This document shows positions 1-13,145 of a stretch of DNA of 64,000 bases, piece by piece. The notes below the pieces were generated by a model that saw only the letters and a list, made by a program, of their open reading frames with translations, was not told where the DNA came from and made no database searches. The position numbers and the translations under genes are program-made. The DNA lies in the NCBI GenBank assembly GCA_002189035.1, contig NEEC01000019.1, positions 2,079,093 through 2,143,092 on the forward strand. Direction: 5' to 3'. Position 1 is the stretch's first letter. Every line of letters starts with the position of its first letter. The DNA comes from Utricularia gibba (lineage: Eukaryota > Plantae > Magnoliophyta).

Positions 1-237
1 ATCGGGAGCGGATTCGGTTCTCTAATGAAATCATTAGTGATTGATTAGCTGGTGGAAAAGATGATCAGCCAGCACAGCGTCACCCGAAGAAGAACATAGT
101 GGCCCCTGCTTTGTTTTTTTTGTGTGCTTTTCAAATTATGCATAATAAACTCATTTTAAAATTATATAAATATAATTAAGTTTGATGTTATTATATTAAT
201 GATTTATTATGGAAATATAAATATATTTTCATAATAT

Positions 238-295
238 ACCCTAAATGCTAAAAACTAAATCTTAAATCCTAAATCATTTACTTCTAAATTTATGA
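238..295 (+). repeat. Degenerate telomere-like (CCCTAAA-type) tract in AT-rich DNA
   Basis: CCCTAAA followed by CTAAA/TTAAA/CCTAAA units at roughly 7-bp spacing; probably part of a non-autonomous DNA element. Confidence 0.35.
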
Positions 296-1879
296 AATTA
301 TATATTTAACTTTTCATATTATCAAAATTAATCAATTTTTCAGATGAATTATGTAAAAAATAAATATTATATCTTTTCAATTAATTTTTATTTAATAACT
401 AAAATAGAAATTCAATAAAATTTCCAATTTTTTTAAATTAGTCTTAAAATTTATTATACAACTGATAAAAATTAAATATAATCACCTGCGACAGCCCAAA
501 ATATCGTAATCCTTGTTTTCTTGAGAAATGGGTGGGCCGAAGAACAAAAGCCCCAGGGCCCACTGGTTAGTAATGAATGTGTCGAGTAACGGCATTGGGT
601 CACTAGGAAAGTAAATGCTTGTTTTTTCACAAGAGAAACCACTCATTTAATAAAATACCATATCACATTATATTAATATTTTATAATTTATTTTATTAAA
701 AAATTTTATTAGTAATTTATCCAAATTCTTTCTTCATCTTCTTGATAATTTATCTTTGTTGATATGTTCATTAACAAGTTACCTTAAATTATTCATTTTA
801 TTAGCAAGTTAGGGACAAGGAAAATTAGCTCTTGGAGGAGGCAATGAATGACCTGCTCGACAGCGTAAACTAAGTTGAGGGTCTGCTTGATAAGAGTCAA
901 TAGAGGTTGACATAATGGGTATTCATCATCACTTCACACCCTAATAGCTTGAGATTGCATCGTGTTATCACTTTCCATGTGGTTTGATGGAAGGTTTGTG
1001 ATATTATACTAGAATAAGAGAAAATCACATTTTGTAATCTACTTTTTTGCAGGTATATAAGAAAAGAGAAAGAAAGGAATAAGGATACATATTTTGGCAA
1101 AAAAATGAACCTCAATAAGGCCAAAAACGTCTTTGGAGTTCTTGTAACTTCATATGAACTTTGTTCATCTTTCAAACTATTTTTTGTGAAACCCTCCTTG
1201 GTATGGGAAAACCTCTAGTTTTTCTTATTTTTTTGGGTTATGATTTGCTGCCTTCTTATTGCTTTTCACAAATATATCTTTTATCCATTTAATACTTTAT
1301 AACATTTGATGTTGTTTGTGGGACATGACATGTCCTCCATTCAAAATCTTTTTAGTGAGCTAATGTTACAAGTTTTACTAGATTTCTTGAAGTTACTATT
1401 GCTATTGAAGTACTAAGAGACATGAACTACTCGAGTGTTGGGTCACAAAAAGAATGGATAAGGCAGAGCAATCTCCATTTACAGAGGAAGAAGATGCAAA
1501 GCAACAATCATGGGATAGGTTGAAGAACTGAATTCCTGTCATTCACGTTTCATAGGTTAGAGCAAGGAGGCCGCCAGCTTCTTCCAACAAATTAACACTA
1601 TGATGGAGGTGGGTGCAACCTTATGGAGGAGTGCCTAGGACTTGATGCAACTTGTTTGGAAGAAGCCCAAGTCAAACAAGAGTCGGAGAGGGAGTTGACA
1701 CTTCAAAGTGAGACCTAAATCTCCAAGGACCTCACCCTTATGAAACTAGAGGAGAGTTGGGATCCCATTTACTAACTTGAAGATGATGGGATGAGCACAG
1801 AGGTTAACTCTCATGAATAGAGACCTATTCTTCGTTCCTTGTGCTTACACATGAATTAAGAAGGCGAGTAGTAAACAAT

Positions 1880-2720
1880 ATCTCAACTTGCTTATTTTGA
1901 ACTACCTTATCAATCAAGATGTTCACTAGAGATTCTTTCTTTTGTTCGCACACCTTCTCAACATGGCCCAACTGATTCCATTTGGAACATTGCCCATCTT
2001 GTCTTATTTAGGCTAAACCTTGAGTAAGCGATCTTCTCTTGCAGTGTTTGCAAGGGGAACATGTTCTTTTCTTCTTCCTATTATGTTTCCCCTTTCCTTC
2101 TTTTCCACCTTTTGCATTCTTTGTGTCCTACTTCACTAGATTATGTATAGCTAGAGCTCACTCCATGACCCATTCTTGTGTTGCAACCTTGCATTGTAAT
2201 GCTTATAATGCACTATACAACTTAGCAACAATCAAATTCTGATACTTTGCACTACAATTTAAAGATGAATTTTTTGGTTCAAAACTAGGTAATACAGTAT
2301 GCACTGATCTTCTTTGAAAAAAATCACATTTCCAATTATCAAGCATCTACAACTCAATAATCATCTTCATAGACTGATTAACATACATTTTGATGATTTT
2401 AGATGATAGCATGTACATACTCTCATACTGCATCTTCAAATTTGCATTATGCACTTAGAATGTGCATCCCCTTCAAACATTCATGTGATTACAAATTTAT
2501 CGATACTAGAATAAAATAACACTTTTGATTGGGTTTCTCTGGCTTGTACTTCTTCAACAAGCTTCATTCTTTCTAGTGAGGCTTTGGCAACAAGCTGTTA
2601 TATTTGAATTGGTGAATTGCCTTGGAGCTATGCCTTCATTTGGATGGCTCAAATTGTGTAATTCTCACCACTAAATTTCCTTGCTCCATATCAAACCAAT
2701 GCTCTAATACCACTTGTTAG
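1880..2720 (-). mobile_element. Decayed Ty1/copia 5' fragment (PBS + gag remnant)
   Basis: Minus strand: LTR end ...CTAACA (2715-2720), then tRNA-Met-type PBS TGGTATTAGAGC (2701-2712); gag-like FSGENYTI start and zinc-knuckle remnant GQCSKWNQLGHVEKVC at about 1947-1996; multiple stops. Confidence 0.75.
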
Positions 2721-3469
2721 CCGAAAAACTAGATAAAATCTCATGATTGATTGGGGGATAGGAATAGCAAAATGAAGACAAGGGACGTGTAAGAAAAAGT
2801 CTTGATCAAAGGAAGGGATTTTATCGTAAAACTAATCAGCATTCCTCGAATACACTCATTAACTCGTTAATAAGCAAGAAACTAGGCAACTAATGCACTA
2901 CGCCGCAGTGCTTAACTTAAATAGCTGACTTCCACAAAACCAGGTGTGATGGGTGAACGAGTTGCCCTCTTCTTGCGGTTGTGGAGATTTGATTTGACAA
3001 TATTCTGATTTTCCAATATAGGCAAGTATGAGTTCTTCGAGTTCATGCCCTTTTCTACTTCATCCGCGTAGCTGAAATCCTTGAGATGAGTCTCAAACAG
3101 TTACACTCAATCAGCTTCAGTTGAGGGAATGTTCTCAGCCTTTGTTGACAAGAAGAACTGGCGCCACCACAATACGAAGACGTTTATGTTCAACGCCACG
3201 GGGAGGAAAGCAGCTTACAGGCAGCCGAGTTTGGAGACACTCAGCAGTGACGCGGGCTTTTGCAATGAATTGCTCTTAATTTATCAAAAGCAAATGCAAA
3301 TGCAAAAGCCTTATGGGAATTGTAAAACGTGGCTCGCCATGTGTATGTCCAGGAAACTGTATCATCCACTCAACATTGCTTTCTTCTCTTAATTGCATCA
3401 ACACTCGCAACTGCCATTAACAAGAACTCAATTATTGCGCTTTCGAGCATTTTACTTTGTGTATTATAC

Positions 3470-5153
3470 TGTTGGAAGTATGCTCAAAATCCATGCAATC
3501 TAGCATCCCATAATTGTTGTTCTCTCTTTTACGGCAATGTCCAGAATTATATGTTTGGAGAATGTATTTTTAAGTTGTTAAAAATATTCGACATATTCTC
3601 TTGTAACATGTATATTCGAATGGTTCACAGTTTGAATACTTTAATTGTGCATCATAGTTGGATTAACTGTCACCTTTGTTTATTTACTGTGTTGATAAAG
3701 TGTTTATCAAGATGTCAGAATAAACATGTGGGGGCTCATGAGATGAGCTGACCGAACATGTGACGCTGAATAACATATGCATGGTATTTTACATATATCA
3801 ATAAATGTTATTCAGATTGCTTTATGGAAATCCTTCGACTTGAGGTTTCATTGTGTCTTATATATTATTGTCTTAGATTTGTTACTATTTATGCTTGTTG
3901 AAATATACAAGTCAGCGATATTGATGGTCTAAGTTGATAGTATATGAAGATCTCTGAATAACTAAGATACGATTCATTACTCCGGGTAAACGGAGATGAG
4001 ACTTCAGATTTCCTGATTGTTTCGTCGAGTAAATTCCTGGCCAGGTTGTCGAGATATTGGAATGAGATTCCAAGTTCTCATTTTGCCGTCGAAACATGAG
4101 TTCAGGATAATCTTAATGATCTAGATGAAATGGAATTTGACTATCCATGATTCCATTCTAGATCGAAGTCTCCAATGAAGGTATATTCATAAGGATATCA
4201 ATCAAAGTTCATTATTGAATATCGGATTCAATTTTAATCGGTTGAATACAATATGCAATGTTAGGCATCTCTTGTATTTTACGAGAGACACGATATGTTG
4301 GGACAATATCGTTGTTAGAGAAATGAAATTTCTCGCCTCTCATTACTGATTAAAAATGAACCTAGTCAATCATACACACACAAAGAATTAGAAGTTGTCC
4401 GAAACGCTTGTGATTCAGGTTTTGGTAAACTCTAGCATGTCTTTATACTTGGATCATAGGTTGGTTAAATATTGATTATATGGGCTCAGGCCCATATAGG
4501 TAACCAAGGCCCAAAATAATATGGGCCACGAGGCCTAGGCCCATATTCCTAAAGGTTCAAGCCCATATTTATTAGCCCGTTTTGGAAAGCATGCCGCATT
4601 AAAATGATTGTCATTGCTTGGCTATGAATAGGAGGCCACTTTCCTATGGTTTTTGGAGTTCTTCTTGTGGGAAGAGGTGTACAAGCTCCGAAAGAGGAAA
4701 AGCGTTCTAGGAAGAAACGAGACCGGTGAATAGCTAGAACGAGACCGGTGAATAGCGATATGAAGAAGAGAACTCGACTCTGGTTTCGAGTTTGGTAATT
4801 TTCTTCGCTTATTCCATGTGTTTCTTCTGCGTAGATAGTCGGTGTTAATATGAGATATTAGCATTGACTTTACTGTGTTTTTCCCAATATATTGATTCAA
4901 TAGTTGAATCAAATCCTGATGTTAATATGAGATATTAACAAATAGATGTTTATTTCATGAGATGGTTTAAACATATTTTAGGCAAAATGTATGTGATACA
5001 TTTGTTGGTTTTAATCTAGTCGGATTAATTTGTAGTTCGTGTGGACGAGCTAGACACATCGTTGTTTCGATATTATAAACGATATAAGATATCGCTGGTT
5101 ACGAAAAGGGAAAATTTTTGTTTTTCCCACCTTCCGCTGCGCGTAACCCAACA
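3470..5153 (+). mobile_element. Solo LTR, Ty1/copia Angela-like, 1684 bp
   Basis: Starts TGTTGGAAGTATGC, ends CTTCCGCTGCGCGTAACCCAACA (TGTTG...CAACA); perfect 5-bp TSD TATAC at 3465-3469 and 5154-5158; internal GGCCCA cluster and short direct repeats; no internal domain. Confidence 0.88.
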
Positions 5154-5279
5154 TATACTTGTGATGCTGTTTCCACAAACAAAAGCAACATAATCACACA
5201 CCTTACATTTGACATACAATTGCATCTCTCGCCACTCGTATAGGTACGTGCCACTACATTATTAGGAGACTGGCAACCC

Positions 5280-6498
5280 CTATGCTTTAAAGGGTGCTCG
5301 GCGTGGAACCCCTTTTCTTCTTCTTGCAACGCTCGTCGGAGTTGCCGGGCGCGCCCTCGATGAGCTTTCGGGCAGCTCCTCCTCCTCTTCCTTGGGTGAT
5401 GACGTGGACAGGGATACTCCTTCTCCATCCCTTTGCATAGATTGCGGAATGAACGTTACATTCATATTCCTCTTTACCCCTGAGAGCTGAGCAGCATGTG
5501 TTCAACCATGAGTTGAAAATATTACTAACACATTGTAGCAGATGGTAGAGGTGACAATGAAGGAAAACACAAAAAAAAAAAAAACACACATAAAAAGAAG
5601 ACAATGATGGGTATTGAATTGGGGCGTTACGGGTATGAAAACTTGAAAAGGATCCGGATCGCGATGGATGGTTGGAGTTGGGATCTTTTCTCCCTATTTC
5701 GGGATACAATTCGCGTAGTATGCAGTGTGGTGTTGTACCTTACATCCAAGGGAGCAGAAGCGGAATGTATCCAAGAGACTTCTACCGCAGATTTCGCAAA
5801 CGTGGGATACGGCTTTGCTTACTTTAGGCTGAGGCCTTTCGTTCAGGAACAAAACCCTGGCGCTGTTTATTACATATGTCTGTACTTCATCTATGTCCAA
5901 AACCTTCTGGATCTCCGACACCCGGACCACGTCGTGGTACGAGGATCTTCTTATCTGACAAGACAAGACAAAACAAAACAGAAAAAAAAACAACCGTTTT
6001 AATTCCTTGTTTTTTTTTACCTTGGGAGGGGTTGCAGAAGAAATGAAGCACCCGTACCTGAATGACTCGATGGTCCTCGTGCCTTGAGCTGCGGCAGTAG
6101 AAGCAGAAGGAGTCGCAGTTACAATCCAAACAGAACATGTTGCATTCGCTGCGGGATGCGTCGCCGTGAATCCGGCAGACATGGAAGAAGGAGGTTGTCA
6201 GCAACCGCTCTAGCCACGGCGGCACCGCGGCCATGCCGAAAGGGGGTTCCGGATATCTACCTACAGCATTACGAAAAATGGGGAAGAAGAGGAGGCTTTA
6301 AAAGAACATTGGAAGATGGGGAGGGGAGGGGGGGTGGGGGTGCGGGGCTGAGGATGAAAGGGAAGATTGGGTGTCAAGACTCAAGAGGGAGAGGGACGGA
6401 AGGCAGAAGGGGTGGGTTGGTGCAACTTGGGAGTGTCTGCTGTATGTATACATGATGGTGTGGTATGTACGCTCGCGTCTCTTACCGTAGGCAGGCAT
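5280..6498 (-). CDS. PLATZ: PLATZ zinc-binding transcription factor
   Basis: Exons 6498-6486, 6260-6058, 5954-5739, 5486-5280, all GT-AG and in frame; motifs PPWL, C-x2-H...[71 protein letters not shown]. Confidence 0.95.
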
Positions 6499-7819
6499 TC
6501 ATTTCATTTCGTAGCACAAGTCGCCGGCTGGCCCGGCCCGATACGCCGCCGTTTCGTGTCCTTGGCCGGCCTCCTCCCTCTGACGAAAATACCCTGGCCT
6601 CTTCCCCTTTAGCGAAGGGGAGGGAGGGGAGTTATTAGGAACTAATTGGATGGCTTAAGTATCATTAAGTGCAGATTAGCGTGCAGTGTAGGGTTAGGCG
6701 TTAGCTGTAGAAAAACAAAGCAAGCTAGTAGGGATAGAGTGGCCACTGGGCAGGGCTGGGCAGACACCCTCATGTGTGCGCAAATTTCGACCCGGAAAGG
6801 GAAAGCAAGGGGTGAAATTATAATCCATCCATCCATCCATCATAATCAATATTCAATTAGTCCACCGCTCCGACCTAAAAGTAACCAACACAAATTCCAG
6901 ATTTCTTCTTAAAAATTTTTGCTCCCCAATTTTCATTTAATGCGACACCTATCCTACGTAGGGAGGGGAAATTATAAAGAAGGGAAAAAGACGGCTTGTT
7001 TTTCTTTCTCCCCGGGTCTCGCTATCGAGGCAACAATACTAACCGAACTACCACAAGAAAGAAAGAATGTCAACTCTACTGCACTCGAGTCTCGTCTCTC
7101 CTCTGCCGACACACATCAACACCACAACTACCATTAAAAACACCCACCATTGGAGTAGTGAAGGAGGAAGCGGAACCCTGGCGCAGTCCTCAATACTACT
7201 GCCTTTTAAGTTCCACAGTCCATGAGAGAGGAAGAAATTATTTGTTGTCACGATCATGGGCGCGAGCATATGGCATGTACCCGGCAGGTTCAACAAGCGG
7301 GCAATTTCCAATGATGCTCATGCTACTCAAGGTATACAACACATGCTGCGCAGCCAGCCAATAGAGATAGCAACACACCGAAGCAACAAAAACTTAGCAC
7401 ATGTACAGATCATAAAGCTGATTGCTTGACAAACCACAATCTTCCTGATCTCTTTCCTTGGTTGTTCGAGCCTTTCCTGCTACCTATGCAATGAGACTCG
7501 CTCTCGTGATTCATAGGCAGTTCAATAACACAGAAGGGATACATATATTGGGGGGGGGGGGCAGGGGGGCAGGTTAACCCATAAACCACTCAACGAAAAA
7601 AAAAAAAGAAAAAATCTCCAATGTGTTTGGATTTTTACTACAAACAAAACAGTCAATGAACCTTGTGAACATCATTTACAAAAGGAACGAAATTGTAAAT
7701 ACCATGGCAGACCAAATTACGCACAGCTTAGTTCCAGGAAAATCTGACACTCACTTTCTGGAAACAAGACACGGCTGAAAATATGGGGGCTAGTTTTTTT
7801 CTGCAAAAACCAACAGCAA

Positions 7820-10174
7820 TCACAGAAGGCCTGCATTCCCAAGGGCAGCTTTAAACTCCTTCTCATTATTCCATGGACCAACCTGAAAAAGAAGGAGAAG
7901 AGACCTAAGCAATGTGATAGGGAAACTCCCAGTACCCTGATTATACAAAATGTTACCTCATCAATGTGTATATTAAAGTGTCTCTCAATTTTGGCCAAGA
8001 TGGAATCATCTCTATCATCAGAAATCAAATTAAAGACAGCGCCTAAGAAAAAAAGATCGTTCAGTGATGGATGACATATGTGCTCACACCCACTACGACC
8101 TCAAGATTCTCCAAAAAAAAAAAAAAAAGCATTTGCGTGTGTTTCATTCATTAAAGTGTAATCATGGAGATGGTGGAGCATGATTGAAGCTGGAATTAGC
8201 ATGAAAATATGGTACCTTTGCGGCCAAAGCGACCTGCCCTTCCAACCCGATGCAAGTAAAGTTCACAATTAGGCTCTGAAGGCCTATCATGTATCACAGG
8301 GAGATCAAAATTGATCACCAGATTAACCTATGATGTGACACTACCAAGAGGTCACAATATAAAAAAGGAAGAGGTAATAACTTATATACAGGGAAAAAAA
8401 ACAGTAGCACGATTTAGAACCTGCTGCTGGTCAAAGCCTCGAGCAAGCAGGTCTGTTGAAATCAGCACTTGAGTCAAACCTTTCCTGAACTCATCTATAA
8501 TTTTGTCCCTTTTCTCTTGAGTCAAGGCACCTTGAATGGTGGTAACCTCATAACCTAGGTTGACAAGAGATTTATGCAAACTGATAGCACTGTTCCTGGT
8601 CTTCACAAATATAATTGTTTGTCCCACTTCTGCAAGGTCAAGTATCTGGTCTTTGATCACCATGATCTTCGTAAGTTCATCAGGGCAACGAACCTTATAC
8701 TGCTTCACAGAATCTAGTGACAGTTCTTCCTTTTTAACAAACATTTGATTATAATCACGTACAAATATCTCCTCGACTATCTTTGAGACAAAAGATTTCA
8801 CAGCATCACTGAAAGTGGCTGAGAACAAAAGGACCTAAAACACGATATTCCATATCAGGATTAACATCATGCATGTTTCTTTTTGTCATGATCGACCAAG
8901 CATGCCTATGAGAGGTACCTGGCAATTTAAGTTCCCTCTAGAAATGGCCCTCATGATGCTCACAGAACTGTCTCGAAAACCAGTCTACAGCATAGGTAAA
9001 AACAGGCAACATATTCATTTATATTGTGATAATATTAACTGAACATGATAACGTTTTAGGAAACGTTATCAACATAAAGATAAGCCCATGTAACATAATC
9101 AGGACCAGATGACCAGATAAGAAAATCATTACCTCTTCTAGCATGTGGTCAGCCTCATCGAACACTAGAATCTTCATATAACTCATGCCTAACTTCCTTG
9201 CGTCGATCCACTTCAGAATTGTCCCAGGAGTGCCGATAATTACCTGTTCTGTCACCGCAGGCATCTTTTTTGGTGGTATATAGTTTGTTGGATCTGATGG
9301 TATTGCTAATTTCGAAGTTATGCCAGTAAACTTTCCCATCCTCAACAGAACCTCAAGATTCTGTAAAATTTATCACATTACACAAATAAAACCTAGTTAG
9401 GCGGCAAGAAATACATCAACAATCAGTAGAAGACTTCGGCATACATGGAAATATTGGTCCAGAACAGTCAAACAAATATCATCCCATAATTTTACATCTG
9501 TGAATTTTATGAATTCAGGATATAAGACGAGCTTAAAAAATAACCTGAATAGCTAACTCTCTGGTGGGGCAGATGCACAAAGCTTGGGGAGCCATCAATT
9601 TTGGATCAACCCGACTCAGCATTCCAAGAGTGAAACATGTTGTCTTGCCAGAACCATTGTGAGCTTGAGCAATCAAATTCTTGAAAGGGGGAGTTAGTAT
9701 CATCGGCAGACTAATTGCTTGTATCTTGCTAGGTTTCTGGAACTTCATCTCCACGTACAAACCTTTCAGCAATTCTGGTGACAAGTTCAATTCCTCAAAT
9801 GTCCTGGCTGATGTGTATGGAGTGTCCCCAGAAGTAATCTGAAATGCAAACGTTGAAAACCTAAATACATCAACATGCAACGACACGACGGAGGCAAGGT
9901 AAGTCAAACCAGAACAAATGACAGTTCAAAAAAACCCAAACCCTAAGCATAACTATTCGTAAACTAGCTGTAAGAATAAAGAATAGAAGATTACTGCTTG
10001 GATTCTGGAATCATCAGGTTCCAAGATCTCGCTCTTTTGAGATTTAGACTCGTCCACAACTAGGTCGTCGAACTCGTCGGCAGCCTCATCACTGACGTCC
10101 GCCCAACTCTTAGATTTGGATGGCTCCGGCGGGCGTGTTGCCGTGTCGACGTGCGTGGTCGTCGAGTCGGCCAT
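7820..10174 (-). CDS. LOS4: DEAD-box RNA helicase 38 (mRNA export, DBP5-like)
   Basis: 8 exons with canonical splice sites; [54 protein letters not shown]; ends [12 protein letters not shown]. Confidence 0.96.
9938..9946 (+). promoter_or_regulatory. Telo-box (AAACCCTAA) in LOS4 intron 1
   Basis: Exact motif; telo-box plus site II is typical of RNA-processing and translation genes. Confidence 0.55.
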
Positions 10175-10306
10175 CGTAGAAAGCACTAGAACAGGAGAGT
10201 GAGACGGTGCGCGAGAATAATAGGAACGAGAGGGCGGAGAGAAGGAAGGAAGGAAGGAAAAGCAGTCGTTAATCTTCTCCTCTCTGGGTCAAATACACAG
10301 CACTGA

Positions 10307-10460
10307 AGCCCAATAAGCAAAACAAGTGCTTCGGTTGAAGGAACAACAATTCTATGGGTCCGCCCAAAGGTTTCCTCGCAGCGCAGTCTTGTCGTGGGAG
10401 CAGCTCTACAGCAATTTCCATGGGCCCAAAGGTTTCATATCAACACAATTCATGGGCCCA
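10307..10460. promoter_or_regulatory. Site II (TGGGCY) cluster in the LOS4 promoter
   Basis: AGCCCA 10307, TGGGCCCA 10421 and 10453, inside a triplicated caatt..atggg.cccaaagg unit. Confidence 0.6.
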
Positions 10461-11094
10461 AAGGGAACGTCTATCCAACGCAATCTATCTATACATATAA
10501 GTGATTTTATTTTATTCTAAAATATGTTTTTTAACACATATTAAAATTTTTTATATCTAATTTATACTCCATTTTCTCATTAATCTATATTATTTTTTAT
10601 TTTTTATACTAATTTGTTTTTTGGAAAACAATTGTTTTTTTTGTAAATAATTAAGGTATTTTTGAATAAATTTTTCCAATAGTTTATAGGTTTGAGAGTG
10701 CACAAAATTGGACATAAAAATAGATCCATCATGAAGATATGATCTAAAATTAGAATCTCAGATAAAGATTTAAAGATAAACTTAAAAATTTACATCATAT
10801 ATAGATAGAATATCTTATATAATCCTATCACAAACTAAATATAAAATTCAAATTTGCTCTTTTATAAATTTCTTACTCTTTTAGTCATTATAGATGTATT
10901 TCGAACGCTAATCTGTTAGAGTAATATGATATAATCAAGTTTATAATAATTTATTGATTAAATGTGATTTACGTTTCTTGTATAGTTGAACTTTACGAAT
11001 CACGTGCGCTCACTTGATTAATCAGATCCTTAATTTTAACATGATAACAGAGTGATTGTCTGGTAATCTAAAATGAACTTGACATGATATTGTG

Positions 11095-12110
11095 TATGCA
11101 ATTAGCTGCACCCGTCGGTTTTTGTCATGTCTTAAATTAATACATTGGGAGGCAGCAAAGTGGTTACTGTGATATCTAAAAGAAACAACTTATCGCCCAT
11201 TGAACTATGATTGAAAACACTAAAGCAAGTCTTGTGTTTATGTGGATTCTGATTCAGCTAGGGATATTGATTCTTGAAGATCCATGACATGTCTGATCAA
11301 TGTCTTGGATGGAGGTGACGTCACCTGGATGCCGTCTCTTCGTATCTTCAACAATGTGTGGAACTCTCTTCTACTAACGCAAAGTACATGACCCTTATCA
11401 AGGTAGGGAAGGAGGTAATTTGGCTAGATCGATTTCCAAAAGAACTTAATTGATCAACATAGGATTACAAACTAAAACTTTTGTGTAATAACTAGAGTGT
11501 CATAAATATGAGCAAGCATGCAATTGACATACGCCGCCACTGGATTCATGAAGTATTGAAGGAGCATCTAATTGAGCTCGTGAAGGTCAGCGCAGTTGAT
11601 AATGTTGCTGATATGATGACAAAACATTAATGTTCTCTCGACATCAGATGTTGGTTCGAGAGGTAGGCCTGGTTCTACAATGATGAATCAGATGGCACCA
11701 CTTGCGCTGGGAAGTGATTGTGAGCTAAACTGTCAGCACGTTTAGTAGGCAGGCAGACGGTGTGAAGCAATGCTGGGTAGTTTGCCTGGTGGGTGGGTTT
11801 TCTCCCATTACGCACAGGAAGGTTCGTGGAATGAGTGTCTTCTGATCTACAACGGTGTGTAGTGAGGTAGAGATGTAGGTGTGTGCAAATTCTGCCTGTT
11901 TTGAGACTGATCACAACTTGGGTGATCTGAGCTGGGTTCACTTCCTGTATCGTGTATTCTTTACAAAGCATAGTGAATTCGCAAGTTGAGTGATTGGGTT
12001 AGCATCAGGAGGTTTCCCCACTTGGGGTTTTACCTGGCTAAACATTGTATCTTGTTATTTCATTTATGCACATCCGATCACGAGTACACACACTTACAAA
12101 ACCACACCAT
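11095..12110 (+). mobile_element. Decayed Ty1/copia (Tnt1/Tork-like) RT-RNaseH end plus 3' LTR
   Basis: HWEAAKWLL*YLKET, YVDSDSARDIDS*RS, LSSTNAKYM..KEVIWL, IDIRRHWIHE, DNVADMMTK; degenerate PPT at 11709-11717, LTR from TG at 11719; right end approximate. Confidence 0.85.
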
Positions 12111-12994
12111 CCATCCGTAAAAGCCTCCACCAGGTTGGGTATAAGAGGTATTATTAACTAAATGATGAATAACAATAGTTGCTACTGATTTATTTGATTG
12201 TGGTATTTAAATATAATAACAAATGTTTTAATATGAGGAAATGAAATATTTTTGGATGGTAAAAAAAGGAATGTAATACATAAATTCTCTTTCATCTAAT
12301 AAAAAAAGCCAAAAGGGTAAGGTATCCCCGGTGGGTAAGTTGCCAGAGCTAGCGGGTGTGACAGTCGACGACGTCACAATCCATTGACTAGAAGTGAAAC
12401 GGGCATTTATTTATTCTTTCTTTCTTTTCTCCACCCATTCCATTTTTTGTATGTTGCAGTGTACGTGAGGTGTGGTGGTTATGGGGCGTGTGAGATGAAA
12501 GAGGATAGAAACAGAACACGGTGATGATGGTTTCCAGTCTCCATCTCCAGCGCCTATTTCTGGAATACCACCAAACCCAGCCGAGCCCAGCCGAGCCTCC
12601 GTCTGGACTGGGAGTCCGTCTCCACGCGAGGAATAGGCTGGCTGGCTGGCTGGCTGTTACCCCTATTTCATTCGACTGCGAGGCCAGGCCAGGCCAGGGG
12701 AGGAGAGGAGAGTCACTCAATGATCTAGATGGATGCCTCTAGTCTATAGGGTGACTCGCCCTCGGGGAAAGGAGCGCAACCCTGCTAATTACAATTACAT
12801 TTAATGACCATATTCATTGCCTCAACGCCAATCAAATCAATGGCTGATTTTGTAAACACATACCTTAATTACTCATTTACTCCACCCTCTTTAACCTCTT
12901 TCTTATTCTTTTTCTTTGGACTTCACCCTTGTTTACATTCTCTTTAATAATTTACTTTAATTATTCATTTAAATTATAAATTCACCTTTATTTT

Positions 12995-13145
12995 AATCTC
13001 TAAACTTTAAAACTAAAATTCCAACCCTAAAAATTAAACCACAAACATTAAAGTTTAAACCCTAAATTACTAAACCATAAAATTTAATCATGAATCCCCA
13101 AAGCCTAAATTATAAATACTAAACCCTAAATTGAACCCTTAAATT
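12995..13145 (+). repeat. Degenerate interstitial telomere-like tract
   Basis: AAACCCTAAA at 13057 and 13121 plus many CCCTAA/CCATAA/GCCTAA variants at about 7-bp spacing. Confidence 0.5.

Noticed and set aside
2930-3300. Coding-looking GC-richer stretch (GKYEFFEFMPF like gypsy RT; HNRKKRATRSP like a PLATZ tail)
   Set aside because: Matches are short, on opposite strands and interrupted by stops; no consistent family
7150-7205. Imperfect hairpin AGTAGT..AGGA...TCCT..ACTACT as a possible miRNA
   Set aside because: Only about 55 nt, large bulges, no known mature miRNA
6084-7364. A second PLATZ gene or other ORFs around the PLATZ promoter
   Set aside because: Listed ORFs are antisense shadows or low complexity; only one set of PLATZ exons exists
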